Below are positions 17,841 through 28,172 of a stretch of DNA of 64,000 nt, piece by piece (position 1 is the first letter of the stretch; each line of letters opens with the position of its first letter). The notes beneath the pieces were generated by a model. It was not told where the DNA came from and did no database searches. It was given only the letters and a program-made list of their open reading frames with translations. The translations under genes were made by a program, and so were the position numbers. The DNA lies in the sequence record MT661596.1. One strand, given 5' to 3'.

Positions 17841-18353
17841 CTATAGTTCACCACTCCATGGAACCGCTTGATACCCAGAATATGGATTAATCATCATAGT
17901 CCTACCTATAGCGTTATCATAATAAATTAATGACTCCACTCGCATACCGATGTACTGCCCGTAAGATTTACTTATTAACCCATTTCTATTTAAACTAATA
18001 TAACTACTTCTAGACCCATATCCAGCAAAAGTAATAATCACCTTCTGCTTTAACCTCATTAAATTAGCCCACACACTCTCTGCTGGAACAGAGTGGCGGA
18101 TTATTTTTTCATAAGGCGAGTCGTGAGTAACGTAATTGTGCCATGGAGTCCCCCACATCACATTGTACTCAATGTTATCCAGTTCAATAACAATAGGGTC
18201 TGTTTTACTGGCTTCAGCCCTTGGAGGATTAGAGCCAACCAAAGAAGATATAAACAATTTTGAAGAGTTGTCTTTAATCCATTTGTCAAACCCTTCATAA
18301 GACCCAAAATAATCCACGTCCACTTTACCGGACAGTAAAATAGATTCCAGCAT
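17841..18353 (-). CDS. probable tail/baseplate-associated protein
   Basis: 170 aa; MLESILLSG-type N-terminus resembles jumbo-phage tail-associated paralogues; co-oriented with the tail genes. Confidence 0.45.
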   Translation of the reverse strand: MLESILLSGKVDVDYFGSYEGFDKWIKDNSSKLFISSLVGSNPPRAEASKTDPIVIELDNIEYNVMWGTPWHNYVTHDSPYEKIIRHSVPAESVWANLMRLKQKVIITFAGYGSRSSYISLNRNGLISKSYGQYIGMRVESLIYYDNAIGRTMMINPYSGYQAVPWSGEL

Positions 18354-18362
18354 ATAAACCTC

Positions 18363-20351
18363 TTAGTTCCTGAAAGTACCTTGCATAAATGCTTTAATAC
18401 CTTCACCAACCAGTGAATCAGAGAATGTTGCTGCCCATTGGGTTGGTGATGTCCATTGTTTAACATCTAGTCTTGTTTTTGCTAAAACACGGGCTAGTTT
18501 ATCAGAACGGTAAATCTGTTCATTAACACCTTGTGACGATAATACAGCCAGGTAGTCTGAATAGTTATTGTCGTCTGTCATTACTTTAGAGACCAACCTA
18601 GTTGGGTTTGTCAAGTCACCGAGCTCCATTGCGGCGTCTATAGGTGCATGCAGGATAGGGGATAGGTCGGCGTAAGTAAACGTTACATCGATTCCTAAAG
18701 GTTGTTTATCTTTAGTCCAGCCTACGTTACCGACACCACGAGTTACTGACATAGAGTCAATCATAGCTAGCCTTGACTGTGAACGACCTTTAGAGAATAT
18801 CTCTATTAAGAAAGGAGATGTATATGCTTGTGGGCCCGCTGAATGTGGCAGTGCTAAACATAGTAAACAAACTAAAGGTATCATTAGGTTTTGAACGCGA
18901 GATACTGGGTGTCCGTAAGGCGACCTTAGGTGAATGGTGTATGACTCTTTAGGTAGCGAGGCTGACGAACCTGTCCAGTGTTGTGGGACGTCTATATAAC
19001 CTTGTCCTAGGAATATATCCACCAACCCACCTAACAGTACAGAACCAGACGCAGCACCCATTAATAAGTCAGTTGCACCCGCAATGACATCATCTAAGAT
19101 AGGTATACCCGTTTTACCACCACCTGTAGTAAATCGTGCATCGACTGCAGCCGAGGATGTTGAGTTAAGAATACCACTTATCTTGTTCTCGCCAAATGAA
19201 TTACTAAAGGATTCTGATACAGAACCATTATGGTTTACCTTAAACCCGATAAATGCACCACCATCACGCAATTCGGAATGCATATGTGACATCAAGCTAT
19301 CAAAGAAACCTGATGCTCTTTCAACATCAACTACAGTTGCGAGCTGGTCTTCTACAATAACAGCCTCTGTACCGGTATCGCCATCAACATCCATACTGTC
19401 TAACCCGGCACGCTCAACCTCAGTCCCGGAGGCGTTTTCACCTTGACCTAACCCGGCTTCAAAGTAAGATTTTAAATAACCTTTAAGATTAGCTTGAGGG
19501 CTATCTCCTTCATTATCTTCCCAGTTGTTACCGTGCATGTAAACTGTTTTGATAGCAGAGTCTCGGTCGTTAGCATTAGCTTGTATTTTAGCCTCTAACG
19601 CAGTCTGCCAACGAATGTGTTTACGTGTGGCTCGGTTAGCGAGATAGTACAAGTCAACAGAGCCATCTGCTTTCCACAGACCAGGAAGTAGGTTAGCGAG
19701 CTTCTTACGTTCTTCTGGTGTTTGTGCGCTGAAATCAAACGTTTGTGTTTTTGCAGCAGCGTGACGTGTTCTATATATAGGTGGTACAATACCCATGTTA
19801 ATTAGTAAAGCGTTTAACATATTTGTGCACTGACGCCAGTAAAGTGGCATAGCACTTTTCGAATAATAAAACTTGAACTTAGGAATACCCATTAACCACG
19901 TCACTGTTTGATACGTCACTGCGTAAGCATGGACAGGCCAACAAATAACCGAAGACACAGCCTCAGCCATATGGAACAACCAACCTGGTGCGCGACCGGT
20001 ACGTGCCATATATGCGGCTTTGGTATTAAACATGTTACTAATAAAAGGTATTAAACCGTTAAAAGCTGGAACACCCGCACGAACATAAATGACATCTGCA
20101 TTATCATCGATGGCGTCACTATAGCAAGTGCCCATCCCGCCAAATTGGTCAGACCAAAACCGAGAGGCTCTTATATCGCATGTCGGTGACCATTGCGGTG
20201 CCGGGTTGATATAAAAGTTACCACCGGGTGTTGTGTCGACAAATTTATTTCTTGCTGGCTGGTACTGACGACGGTCTTTAAGACCATCATCAATGTTAGA
20301 CCCAGACAACATGAATGCTTGCTGGATATAATCATGGTCATTAAGAAACAT
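18363..20351 (-). CDS. baseplate hub / tail-tip protein (phiKZ gp182-like)
   Basis: 662 aa, immediately downstream of the tape-measure-like gene, matching recalled gp181/gp182 synteny. Confidence 0.65.
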   Translation of the reverse strand: MFLNDHDYIQQAFMLSGSNIDDGLKDRRQYQPARNKFVDTTPGGNFYINPAPQWSPTCDIRASRFWSDQFGGMGTCYSDAIDDNADVIYVRAGVPAFNGLIPFISNMFNTKAAYMARTGRAPGWLFHMAEAVSSVICWPVHAYAVTYQTVTWLMGIPKFKFYYSKSAMPLYWRQCTNMLNALLINMGIVPPIYRTRHAAAKTQTFDFSAQTPEERKKLANLLPGLWKADGSVDLYYLANRATRKHIRWQTALEAKIQANANDRDSAIKTVYMHGNNWEDNEGDSPQANLKGYLKSYFEAGLGQGENASGTEVERAGLDSMDVDGDTGTEAVIVEDQLATVVDVERASGFFDSLMSHMHSELRDGGAFIGFKVNHNGSVSESFSNSFGENKISGILNSTSSAAVDARFTTGGGKTGIPILDDVIAGATDLLMGAASGSVLLGGLVDIFLGQGYIDVPQHWTGSSASLPKESYTIHLRSPYGHPVSRVQNLMIPLVCLLCLALPHSAGPQAYTSPFLIEIFSKGRSQSRLAMIDSMSVTRGVGNVGWTKDKQPLGIDVTFTYADLSPILHAPIDAAMELGDLTNPTRLVSKVMTDDNNYSDYLAVLSSQGVNEQIYRSDKLARVLAKTRLDVKQWTSPTQWAATFSDSLVGEGIKAFMQGTFRN

Positions 20352-20395
20352 ATATAAACCTCGAAATGTTTAGGCGGGTGTTACCCCGCCTAGAT

Positions 20396-23300
20396 TTATT
20401 TACCTGTACGCATACTGACTGTGTTACCATTAACCCCTTGAACTGGACCAGGACCTGGTCTACCAGGCTGATTCATTCCACGCTTATACAACTCGACTAA
20501 CTCACCCATCAACCCAGCAATGGTAGCGAGGTGACCATTGGCTGTTTCAGTACCCACCGCGCTAGCCTGTTCCTGCTTAGCCGCTGCTGATGGTTTAACA
20601 GACGCTGTAGGCGCTTGCTGTACTGTTGGTTGTTGTGTTGGTTGTTGTTGAGGTTGCATTTGCGTTTTATTCAATGCAGCTTCAGCACCATCCACACCTT
20701 TAGGTGCGGCGGAAGGCTTAACACTTCCTGATGGTGTGGGTGTTGGCGTTGGTGCAGCCGTAGCACTCTCTGTGGATGCAGTTGAATTAAGTGCACTTGG
20801 TGCGGCAGACGTTGCGTTATCTTTAGCCGCCGCCGATGGAACTTGGCTGCGACCTAATTGCGGGGTTCCATCCGCACCTTGTGGTACACGTTCTCCTGCC
20901 TGCAGTGATTGGTTGACACCTTTACTTAATGTTGCACTTAATGAACTTGTATCCGCCACCGGAGCGGTACTTGTCGCATTACCTTCAGCAACTTCTGGTG
21001 CTGGTGACGCAGGTCCATCACCACCTTCAACTGCTGGAGTTTTACCAGACAACATATCGTCGAACTTACCTTCCGCCATTGTTTGCATGTATTGTTTGAA
21101 CAGTTTTGTTCTGTTCTCAATACCAATAGCGCCACCGTTTGCTATCTTAGTAACTTTAACCATATCCCCTGCTTGAGATGCGGCACGGAGTTTAGGTCTT
21201 GTTGTCCAGAAAGCAACAGCAGTACGAGCTGCAATAGAAGGGTCTGTTGCAACGAGGTCAGGGTTGTTAACCAAATCAACACCTAACACCTTACCGAGTG
21301 CTGCGTAGTTACCTTTACCTGTTAACTGTATGTAACCACGACCCCGGTATTTCCAACCATCACCCGGGTCAACGTTACCCATTCGATTACCATAGATACT
21401 ATTTGCTATAGCAACAGGACCACCTTGAGCAAGTGCTTGGGCAGATGCTAAGGTAGGGAATCGATGAGGCCACAACTTCATTAATGTCTCAGGGCGGTAT
21501 TTAAGGTTTTCTTCCATCACCTTATAACCACCTGTCTCATTATGTGTTTGTGCGAGTAACATAGCAAGCTCTGTCTTATCGGTGATGCCCATTTTCATGG
21601 CTTCACGAATAAGTGTTCTTGCACCTTCTTCAGTACCAGGACCCATTACAAGCGGGCCAACTGTACCGGTCATGTCTATCGCAGGCGTAACGGCACCTGT
21701 AGAAGCTGTTCCGTTAGCGCCACCCAAACTCGTTGTTGACGCACCTTTGTAAGTAACCTCCATCCTCCCCGTAGTCGGGTTGAACTGAGTTTGCATACGT
21801 TGTGAGTCATACGTATCACCTGAACGAGTTGCTATTTGTGATGATGTTAATGTACCATCTTCTTGCTTCTCCCAATCACCCCTTGCTGCTTTTTGTGCCT
21901 CGCTATTGCGATTTTGAGGCATGGCTTGGTATTCACGTTCTTTAATACGTGTACGTAGGTTTGTAAGGTGTCCTTCTATTAACGCAGCCTCTGTATTACT
22001 TTTGAAGTAAGGCCAAGGTGACTCGGTTATACTCCAAACAGAAACTTCAGCATCATTATCATCTTTAGTCATCACCGCTGTCATTGCTGTCAGGACATCT
22101 AATGCGATATCAGCTGACGTTAATTTAGCATCAACGATTGGTGTGGTTGTGGATGAAGCAGCATGCATCTTACCAACGAAGGTAACGAAAACAGGAAGAA
22201 AACGTTTACTGAACCAAATATTCCATCGTTTAAACGACCAAGAAGAATCTGCTATTTGGAAAATAGAAGCAGCGAGTTTGAAGATTTCAGCAGGGTCCCC
22301 ATCATACAGAGCACCGCTACTGGTGTATTTAATTTTGTTAGTCATCACCAACTCTAATTGAAGTATGGATTGTATTCTAACAATATCCAGGTTAGGTAAC
22401 CCGTAAATCTTCATACGTGCAGCAGTGAAGTCATCCAGTGGTTTGTCTTTATCAGGAAGTATGTCTTTCAACATATCCTTGGCAGAGACAACGGTGCGTT
22501 CGCTACCATACCACGTTGTTTCAATATGACCTTTTGTGTTAATACCGGCACGAGTACCATCAGGGTCTATTGCTTTAAGGACTTCTTCATCAACTTCTTT
22601 CTTCTCAAACTGAGAATCATTACCAGTGATAAACGACGAAGTTGAGGCGGTCGTCGCACTCATTGATTTTGATTTAGCTTTAAGCTCATCAACAATTTCT
22701 TTTACAAGTGCTGTGGTTGTTTTAAAGTCAATCGCTTCAGTATCTTCAAAGATACGACCAGTGATACGATAAGGGTGGTCATTAGTCTGGTCAAACATTT
22801 GAGCACGTCGAGCAAACTCATATTTTGCAGCCCAGTCTTTTGAATCATCGATTTCATGGAACTTCTTATCTGGGAACATTTCCTTAGATAGCGCCATGTG
22901 AGTTAAATACACTGGTTTAAACCTTTGCAGGAACCAGGTAGCCCACTCATCAATCATGTCTTCATCTTCAGGGTCGGTTATGTACAGACCAGCAATCTCA
23001 CCCAATGGTACATTAGGGTCTAAACTAGCAAACCCTTTTTCAGACACCTTAACGTATTGCTCTAAGAAGGCTTCGGTTTTAATAATGGCTTCTATACGAC
23101 GTTGGTCTGTCGTTTGTAAGCCATATTGGTACAGGCGCATTTTAGTTAACAAACCTGGGTCTTTAATTAAGTCGTACAAAGCGCCTGCTGCGGAACTACC
23201 AGCAAAATACCCTATAGCACCACCAATAAGACCACCGATGAATGTTCCTACAACTGGAACAACGGAGCCAATTGCAGCACCCGCCATTGCACCACCGAGT

Positions 23301-26300
23301 GCACCACCTAAACCACCTCCGGCGGCTTCAGCAACACCTTTATAATCACCTTCTTGATAAGAATCGTACATATCGAATGCAGCCATACCTACTGACAGTA
23401 CACCCGCACCTTTAACCATACGCATAGCACCTTTCGCTGGGTTACGGGCAAAACCCGCTGTTCGACGACCGATACCTTTACCAATATTACCAAGGTGATT
23501 ACCAATACCTCTAGCACCTCGTCTTAATAACCCACCGCGACCACCGCGTCTACCACCCCCTCTTCTACGACGTCTTCTATCACCTCCATCACCGTCGAGT
23601 AAATCCATCCCTGCATCCATGAACCGTTTACCTGTTAACAACGACCCAAGACCACCAATAAGGTCACCTACCCACCCTAACCCGAGGAAGTTTGCTAGAG
23701 ACCCTAAGATACCGAATTTCTTAACAGCGGCAAATGCCGACCCAACCATACCAACAAGACTACCTAACATCCCAAAGATTGATTTAGGTTTCTCTTTGGC
23801 ACTGCCATCCATCTGAGCTTCGGCTTCCTTATGGTCTTCTTTAGACCCCTTACGGCGTTTAAGGATATCAGACCACTTGTTACCCTCAACTTCATCACCG
23901 GTGTCTTCACGGCGGTTTAAGGAACGGTAAATTTGCGTTAAGATAGCTTCTTGACGAGATAGACCAAGTTCGCCTTTAGTCGGACCACCTGTGGTAGATT
24001 CGTTACGACCAAATAAACCATCAGACTTATCCTTGAAGAAATCTTTAGCGTTAAACTCACTACCTTTACCACTTTGGATTTTTAGTCTAGACCTGACTTT
24101 ACCCAGTACAGCTTTTATCCCGGTCTTAGGAGCAGTCTCTCTGGTTGAAACAACCACCGCACGAATTTCATCCGACCTTTGTTGGATAGTCTCTTGCGAC
24201 ACACCACTTCTGGCTAACTCTGCTTTAACACGAGCAACGGCATCGTCAACGCTCCCTGCGCTCACAGACCCTCTACTACCAAGTGCTTCAGAAACACCGG
24301 ATAATGATGAGGTAGTATCAGGTGGTGAATCAGCGCCATCTTGCTTAGGTGCGCCACCTAAACCACCTTTACCTACTTTACTCTTAGGCGGGAACAGTTT
24401 AGATGATACGTCATCACCAAGCTCAAGGTCAGGTCGATAGTTAGGGTCTCTGATGTATCTCTCCATCATTTCCCAATACATGTCATGGTTTATAACGTCT
24501 TGACCATTAACACGTTTTATCAACCCAATCTCTTTTAACTTAGAACGCTGCCCGCTACCTGCAAGTACGTTGACAGTCTCTTCGATATCTGGTGTGTATC
24601 GGGACTGCGTCTGTAATGATGAGGCGATATCCATTCTAAGCTTAGCAGTATCTTCATCTTTACCAATTTGATACTTACCGAACTTAGCAGCCAACCCGGT
24701 TGCTTTCGTTACTTTAAATCGGTCTTTTAAATGACCTTGTATTTCACGAATGGTTTTCTTACTAACACCGCCCCAACCAGAAGCTTTTAAATAGCTGTTG
24801 ATTTCAAATCCATCACCCGCATCTGCGTCTTTAGCAAAACGCATAGCCAGCGCAACACGGGCATCTGCTGACAACACGCCTTCTGGGTCTAGCGCTTCAA
24901 CCATACTGTTTACGTTACCAGCCGCAGATTGAAACTCGTTACGTTTGAATACGGAACTCACGACGTCTCTTGCAGCTTCACGACCAGTTGTAAACGCGCC
25001 CCTTTTATGACTATATTCGATATCTTGAATATCATCACGACCTGTACGCGCCTTCTCAAAAGAGGTAAGCTGTCTCGTAAGTAACCCAGGAATGACTTCA
25101 ATAAGTGTTCTTCGTGATAACACATCCCATTGAACAGGTGCCGCTAAATCCTTAATACTTTGATTATGTAATTTAGCTCGGTTACCCTGTGTAGTCGGCA
25201 TTTTAAACAGCATGTTGTTTAAGAACGGATTTAATAACTTCTTCTGCATTTTAGTGTAGAATTTGTTATTTTCATCATTAGGGTCAAAGTCTTCTGATAG
25301 CGAACCCCGTTCTTTTAACCACCTGTTCAATAACCCAGGCATGTTATCGGCGTAGTAACTCATGTTACTACCAGCACCTTTTATACCGGTTCGTTTAGCT
25401 ACAATAGGTCGAAGATACCGGGAAGCTAACCAAGGTGCAGCCGCCATTAGACCACTACCTGCCACTGACCCTATCGTTCTAGCACCTAACCGATTACCTT
25501 GACCAACCGAAGAGGCACCTGACAACATCATTCTTGCTAACATGGCACTGGTGTTTAACTTACCGCTAGCATCCATGGATTTCTGGTCAGCCATGTCGTA
25601 CAGTGAATCAAGTAGATGACTACCGTACTTTGATGCGCCTTTTGATGTTGTTCCGAATAATGTTCTCGATAGAATTTTTGTGGTCTTTTCATGCTCAGTT
25701 GCTTTGACTATTTCAGGTAACCCAGTATTCTTTGTGATTACCTCAAGACCTTTTAATGCATTGGTGTAAAACCCTTCCTGCATTTTAGCTGCGGCAACTG
25801 ACAGTTTATACTGACGAAGCTGAAGCTCTAGTGACTTTCTTTGGAAGTCAGCCGTTATCTGTTCATTATAACCCACTAACCGAGACGTCTGCCGATGCAA
25901 CGCGCCTAACAACACATTAGTGTCTGTTTGCACACTTATGGCTCTGTCGCTTACAGCGACCATCGTAGCCATCTCTTCACGATGGTGTGCATCCGCTAGT
26001 GCAGCTTGATACACAGCAGACTCAGATAACGTTCTAGAAACCTCATCTGTATCGTCTACAATCTTATCACTTGAATCGTAGGTGTATGAGTAATCCTCTG
26101 TACTTGTTTTTGCCCATTCATCAAGTGATTTAAGAACGCTCTCAGGGAGTTTGCTACCATGAATACTTAGGGCTTCACCTACGGTGCTTTTTACTTCGTT
26201 TACGGAGTCTCTTGTATTAACTTTGACTTTATCGTATAGGTCAGAGCCGAATCTTCCTAACCTGTCAATTGTGTCAAATGCAGGGGTGTAGGTTGCAGGC

Positions 26301-26500
26301 AGTATTGATTTAAGCAGGTTCTTTTTAACGCCACCAGACCGTAAGCTTGCACCCATTCCTGTTAACACACCAGCGGTAAATTCTTTAATGATACCGCGTT
26401 TAGTGACAGGTTTACTTGTACCGTCGCCTTCTAAAGTGAAGTCGACATCAAGCGAGAAGTCATCAAGATTACCGAAGTCAAGTTCTACATCGTTGGACAT
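20396..26500 (-). CDS. tape-measure-like tail protein with GH19 (chitinase-like lysozyme) domain (phiKZ gp181-like)
   Basis: 2034 aa; Gly-rich TM region GGGLGGALGGAMAGAAIGSVVP; GH19 motifs LAQTHNETGG, ENLKY, DGWKYRGRGYIQLTGKGNY; divergent from vRNAP beta'. Confidence 0.88.
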   Translation of the reverse strand: MSNDVELDFGNLDDFSLDVDFTLEGDGTSKPVTKRGIIKEFTAGVLTGMGASLRSGGVKKNLLKSILPATYTPAFDTIDRLGRFGSDLYDKVKVNTRDSVNEVKSTVGEALSIHGSKLPESVLKSLDEWAKTSTEDYSYTYDSSDKIVDDTDEVSRTLSESAVYQAALADAHHREEMATMVAVSDRAISVQTDTNVLLGALHRQTSRLVGYNEQITADFQRKSLELQLRQYKLSVAAAKMQEGFYTNALKGLEVITKNTGLPEIVKATEHEKTTKILSRTLFGTTSKGASKYGSHLLDSLYDMADQKSMDASGKLNTSAMLARMMLSGASSVGQGNRLGARTIGSVAGSGLMAAAPWLASRYLRPIVAKRTGIKGAGSNMSYYADNMPGLLNRWLKERGSLSEDFDPNDENNKFYTKMQKKLLNPFLNNMLFKMPTTQGNRAKLHNQSIKDLAAPVQWDVLSRRTLIEVIPGLLTRQLTSFEKARTGRDDIQDIEYSHKRGAFTTGREAARDVVSSVFKRNEFQSAAGNVNSMVEALDPEGVLSADARVALAMRFAKDADAGDGFEINSYLKASGWGGVSKKTIREIQGHLKDRFKVTKATGLAAKFGKYQIGKDEDTAKLRMDIASSLQTQSRYTPDIEETVNVLAGSGQRSKLKEIGLIKRVNGQDVINHDMYWEMMERYIRDPNYRPDLELGDDVSSKLFPPKSKVGKGGLGGAPKQDGADSPPDTTSSLSGVSEALGSRGSVSAGSVDDAVARVKAELARSGVSQETIQQRSDEIRAVVVSTRETAPKTGIKAVLGKVRSRLKIQSGKGSEFNAKDFFKDKSDGLFGRNESTTGGPTKGELGLSRQEAILTQIYRSLNRREDTGDEVEGNKWSDILKRRKGSKEDHKEAEAQMDGSAKEKPKSIFGMLGSLVGMVGSAFAAVKKFGILGSLANFLGLGWVGDLIGGLGSLLTGKRFMDAGMDLLDGDGGDRRRRRRGGGRRGGRGGLLRRGARGIGNHLGNIGKGIGRRTAGFARNPAKGAMRMVKGAGVLSVGMAAFDMYDSYQEGDYKGVAEAAGGGLGGALGGAMAGAAIGSVVPVVGTFIGGLIGGAIGYFAGSSAAGALYDLIKDPGLLTKMRLYQYGLQTTDQRRIEAIIKTEAFLEQYVKVSEKGFASLDPNVPLGEIAGLYITDPEDEDMIDEWATWFLQRFKPVYLTHMALSKEMFPDKKFHEIDDSKDWAAKYEFARRAQMFDQTNDHPYRITGRIFEDTEAIDFKTTTALVKEIVDELKAKSKSMSATTASTSSFITGNDSQFEKKEVDEEVLKAIDPDGTRAGINTKGHIETTWYGSERTVVSAKDMLKDILPDKDKPLDDFTAARMKIYGLPNLDIVRIQSILQLELVMTNKIKYTSSGALYDGDPAEIFKLAASIFQIADSSWSFKRWNIWFSKRFLPVFVTFVGKMHAASSTTTPIVDAKLTSADIALDVLTAMTAVMTKDDNDAEVSVWSITESPWPYFKSNTEAALIEGHLTNLRTRIKEREYQAMPQNRNSEAQKAARGDWEKQEDGTLTSSQIATRSGDTYDSQRMQTQFNPTTGRMEVTYKGASTTSLGGANGTASTGAVTPAIDMTGTVGPLVMGPGTEEGARTLIREAMKMGITDKTELAMLLAQTHNETGGYKVMEENLKYRPETLMKLWPHRFPTLASAQALAQGGPVAIANSIYGNRMGNVDPGDGWKYRGRGYIQLTGKGNYAALGKVLGVDLVNNPDLVATDPSIAARTAVAFWTTRPKLRAASQAGDMVKVTKIANGGAIGIENRTKLFKQYMQTMAEGKFDDMLSGKTPAVEGGDGPASPAPEVAEGNATSTAPVADTSSLSATLSKGVNQSLQAGERVPQGADGTPQLGRSQVPSAAAKDNATSAAPSALNSTASTESATAAPTPTPTPSGSVKPSAAPKGVDGAEAALNKTQMQPQQQPTQQPTVQQAPTASVKPSAAAKQEQASAVGTETANGHLATIAGLMGELVELYKRGMNQPGRPGPGPVQGVNGNTVSMRTGK

Positions 26501-26540
26501 TACCTTTACCTCGATTTAATTACATCCAAAAGGAACAGCT

Positions 26541-28172
26541 ATGAGAAGTGCAATGTTACCTTTCAGAATTAAGATTACTGATTCCAGGACTATTCCCTGG
26601 GCCTTGTTGAGACCAGTGACGTCACTGGATATCTACGATGGTTTAACAACCGAACTTAACGACGAAGGTCTTTATTCAATTCCTATTTTCGGTCGCGTTG
26701 GCTCAACGGAACGTGATGACCGTTTCAGCTACATTCATGTTAAATCATCAATATTCCATCCCGATATATTCCGAGCGCTTTCTGCCCTGAAACAGATTTA
26801 TGCTGGAATTATGGCAGGGACAGTTTATGCAAAATGGGATGATGTTGAGAAGGACTTCATAAAATCGTCTTCTATTGATGGTGAAACAGGTTTTTCGTTC
26901 TTTACAAAACACTGGAAAGATATTGTATTTAAAGACACGGGCTCACCAGCACGAGCTGATAAAATAAAATTAGTTGAGATGTATAAAGACTCAGCTATGT
27001 ATAGAAATGTGTTAGTCGCACCTGCTGGTATTCGTGATATACAAATCGATGAGAAAGGTAGAACGATAGAACATGAAATAAACTCACTCTATCGTAAACT
27101 ATTATCAGCAGCTAACACTATTTCTGACAATACCGAAGCTGCTGATAGCGAAATGTACGACAACGCACGTTGGAACTTACAAAGTCGATTTAATGAAATC
27201 TTCACAATGTACGCCGACATGCTTGAAGGTAAGAAAGGGATTCTTCAACAGAAATGGGGTAGTCGCCGCATCTTCAACGGCACACGTAACGTCATCACTG
27301 CCGCTCAAGTTGGTACGGGTGTGCTAGGGTCTATGACCTCACCACATTTGAATGACACCCAGATTGGTCTTTATCAGTTAATGCGCGGGGCTTTACCTCT
27401 AACTATTCATCTTTTAATGAACGGTTGGCTGTCAAGTGTATTTGCTCACGGAACGGTAGCTAAGCTTATTGACCGTAAGACACTGAAATCTGTTGATACC
27501 GAAGTTGATATTGAAACAGTAACTAAGTGGACAACAGCTGAGGGGCTTGAGAAATTAATCAACGGATTTTCTCAGCAACAAATCCGTAATAAACCAATTA
27601 CTGTAAACGGTAACTATCTTGGCTTAGTATATGCCGATGATAAATACTTCAAAGTATTTGGTGATATCGACGAACTACCTGAACAGTTCGATAAACGTGA
27701 CGTTCACCCTATGACTTATACAGAGTTATTCTATCTTGCTGGTTACCAGCGTTGGAATACTTTATATATGCTCGTGACCAGATACCCTATCACGGGTATG
27801 GGTTCAGTGTACCAAACAAAAGCTTGTGTTCAGACGACTATCGTATCAAGTGTTAAGCAAGAACTCGATTACGATTGGCAACCCATCCCTGATGCCTATG
27901 CGCTTGTATTCCCTAAACATGAGCGGGATGTTGACTTCTCCGATACTTTATCAGTTCACCCATCACGACTTGGTTTACTTGGTGGTGACTATGATGGCGA
28001 TACCATGTCAGCGACCGTACTTCTTAGTGAAGATGCGTTAGAAGAATGCAGACGCACCTTGGCAGAAAAAGAAACATACATCAATAGCCGTGGTGAGTTC
28101 CTTATTGATGTCACTAACGACACTGTTGATTTTGTTTTAAAAGCGCTAACAAGCGGAGTTAATGAATTATGA
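26541..28172 (+). CDS. virion RNA polymerase beta' subunit, catalytic part (phiKZ gp180-like)
   Basis: GLYSIPIFG, MLEGKKG....W..RR..N.TRNVI, and catalytic GGDYDGD (NADFDGD equivalent). Confidence 0.95.
   Translation: MRSAMLPFRIKITDSRTIPWALLRPVTSLDIYDGLTTELNDEGLYSIPIFGRVGSTERDDRFSYIHVKSSIFHPDIFRALSALKQIYAGIMAGTVYAKWDDVEKDFIKSSSIDGETGFSFFTKHWKDIVFKDTGSPARADKIKLVEMYKDSAMYRNVLVAPAGIRDIQIDEKGRTIEHEINSLYRKLLSAANTISDNTEAADSEMYDNARWNLQSRFNEIFTMYADMLEGKKGILQQKWGSRRIFNGTRNVITAAQVGTGVLGSMTSPHLNDTQIGLYQLMRGALPLTIHLLMNGWLSSVFAHGTVAKLIDRKTLKSVDTEVDIETVTKWTTAEGLEKLINGFSQQQIRNKPITVNGNYLGLVYADDKYFKVFGDIDELPEQFDKRDVHPMTYTELFYLAGYQRWNTLYMLVTRYPITGMGSVYQTKACVQTTIVSSVKQELDYDWQPIPDAYALVFPKHERDVDFSDTLSVHPSRLGLLGGDYDGDTMSATVLLSEDALEECRRTLAEKETYINSRGEFLIDVTNDTVDFVLKALTSGVNEL

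Noticed and set aside
20736-24440. + strand ORFs antisense to the tape-measure gene (e.g. 20736..21176, 23991..24440)
   Set aside because: Shadow ORFs arising from low-complexity, codon-biased sequence on the coding strand; no RBS
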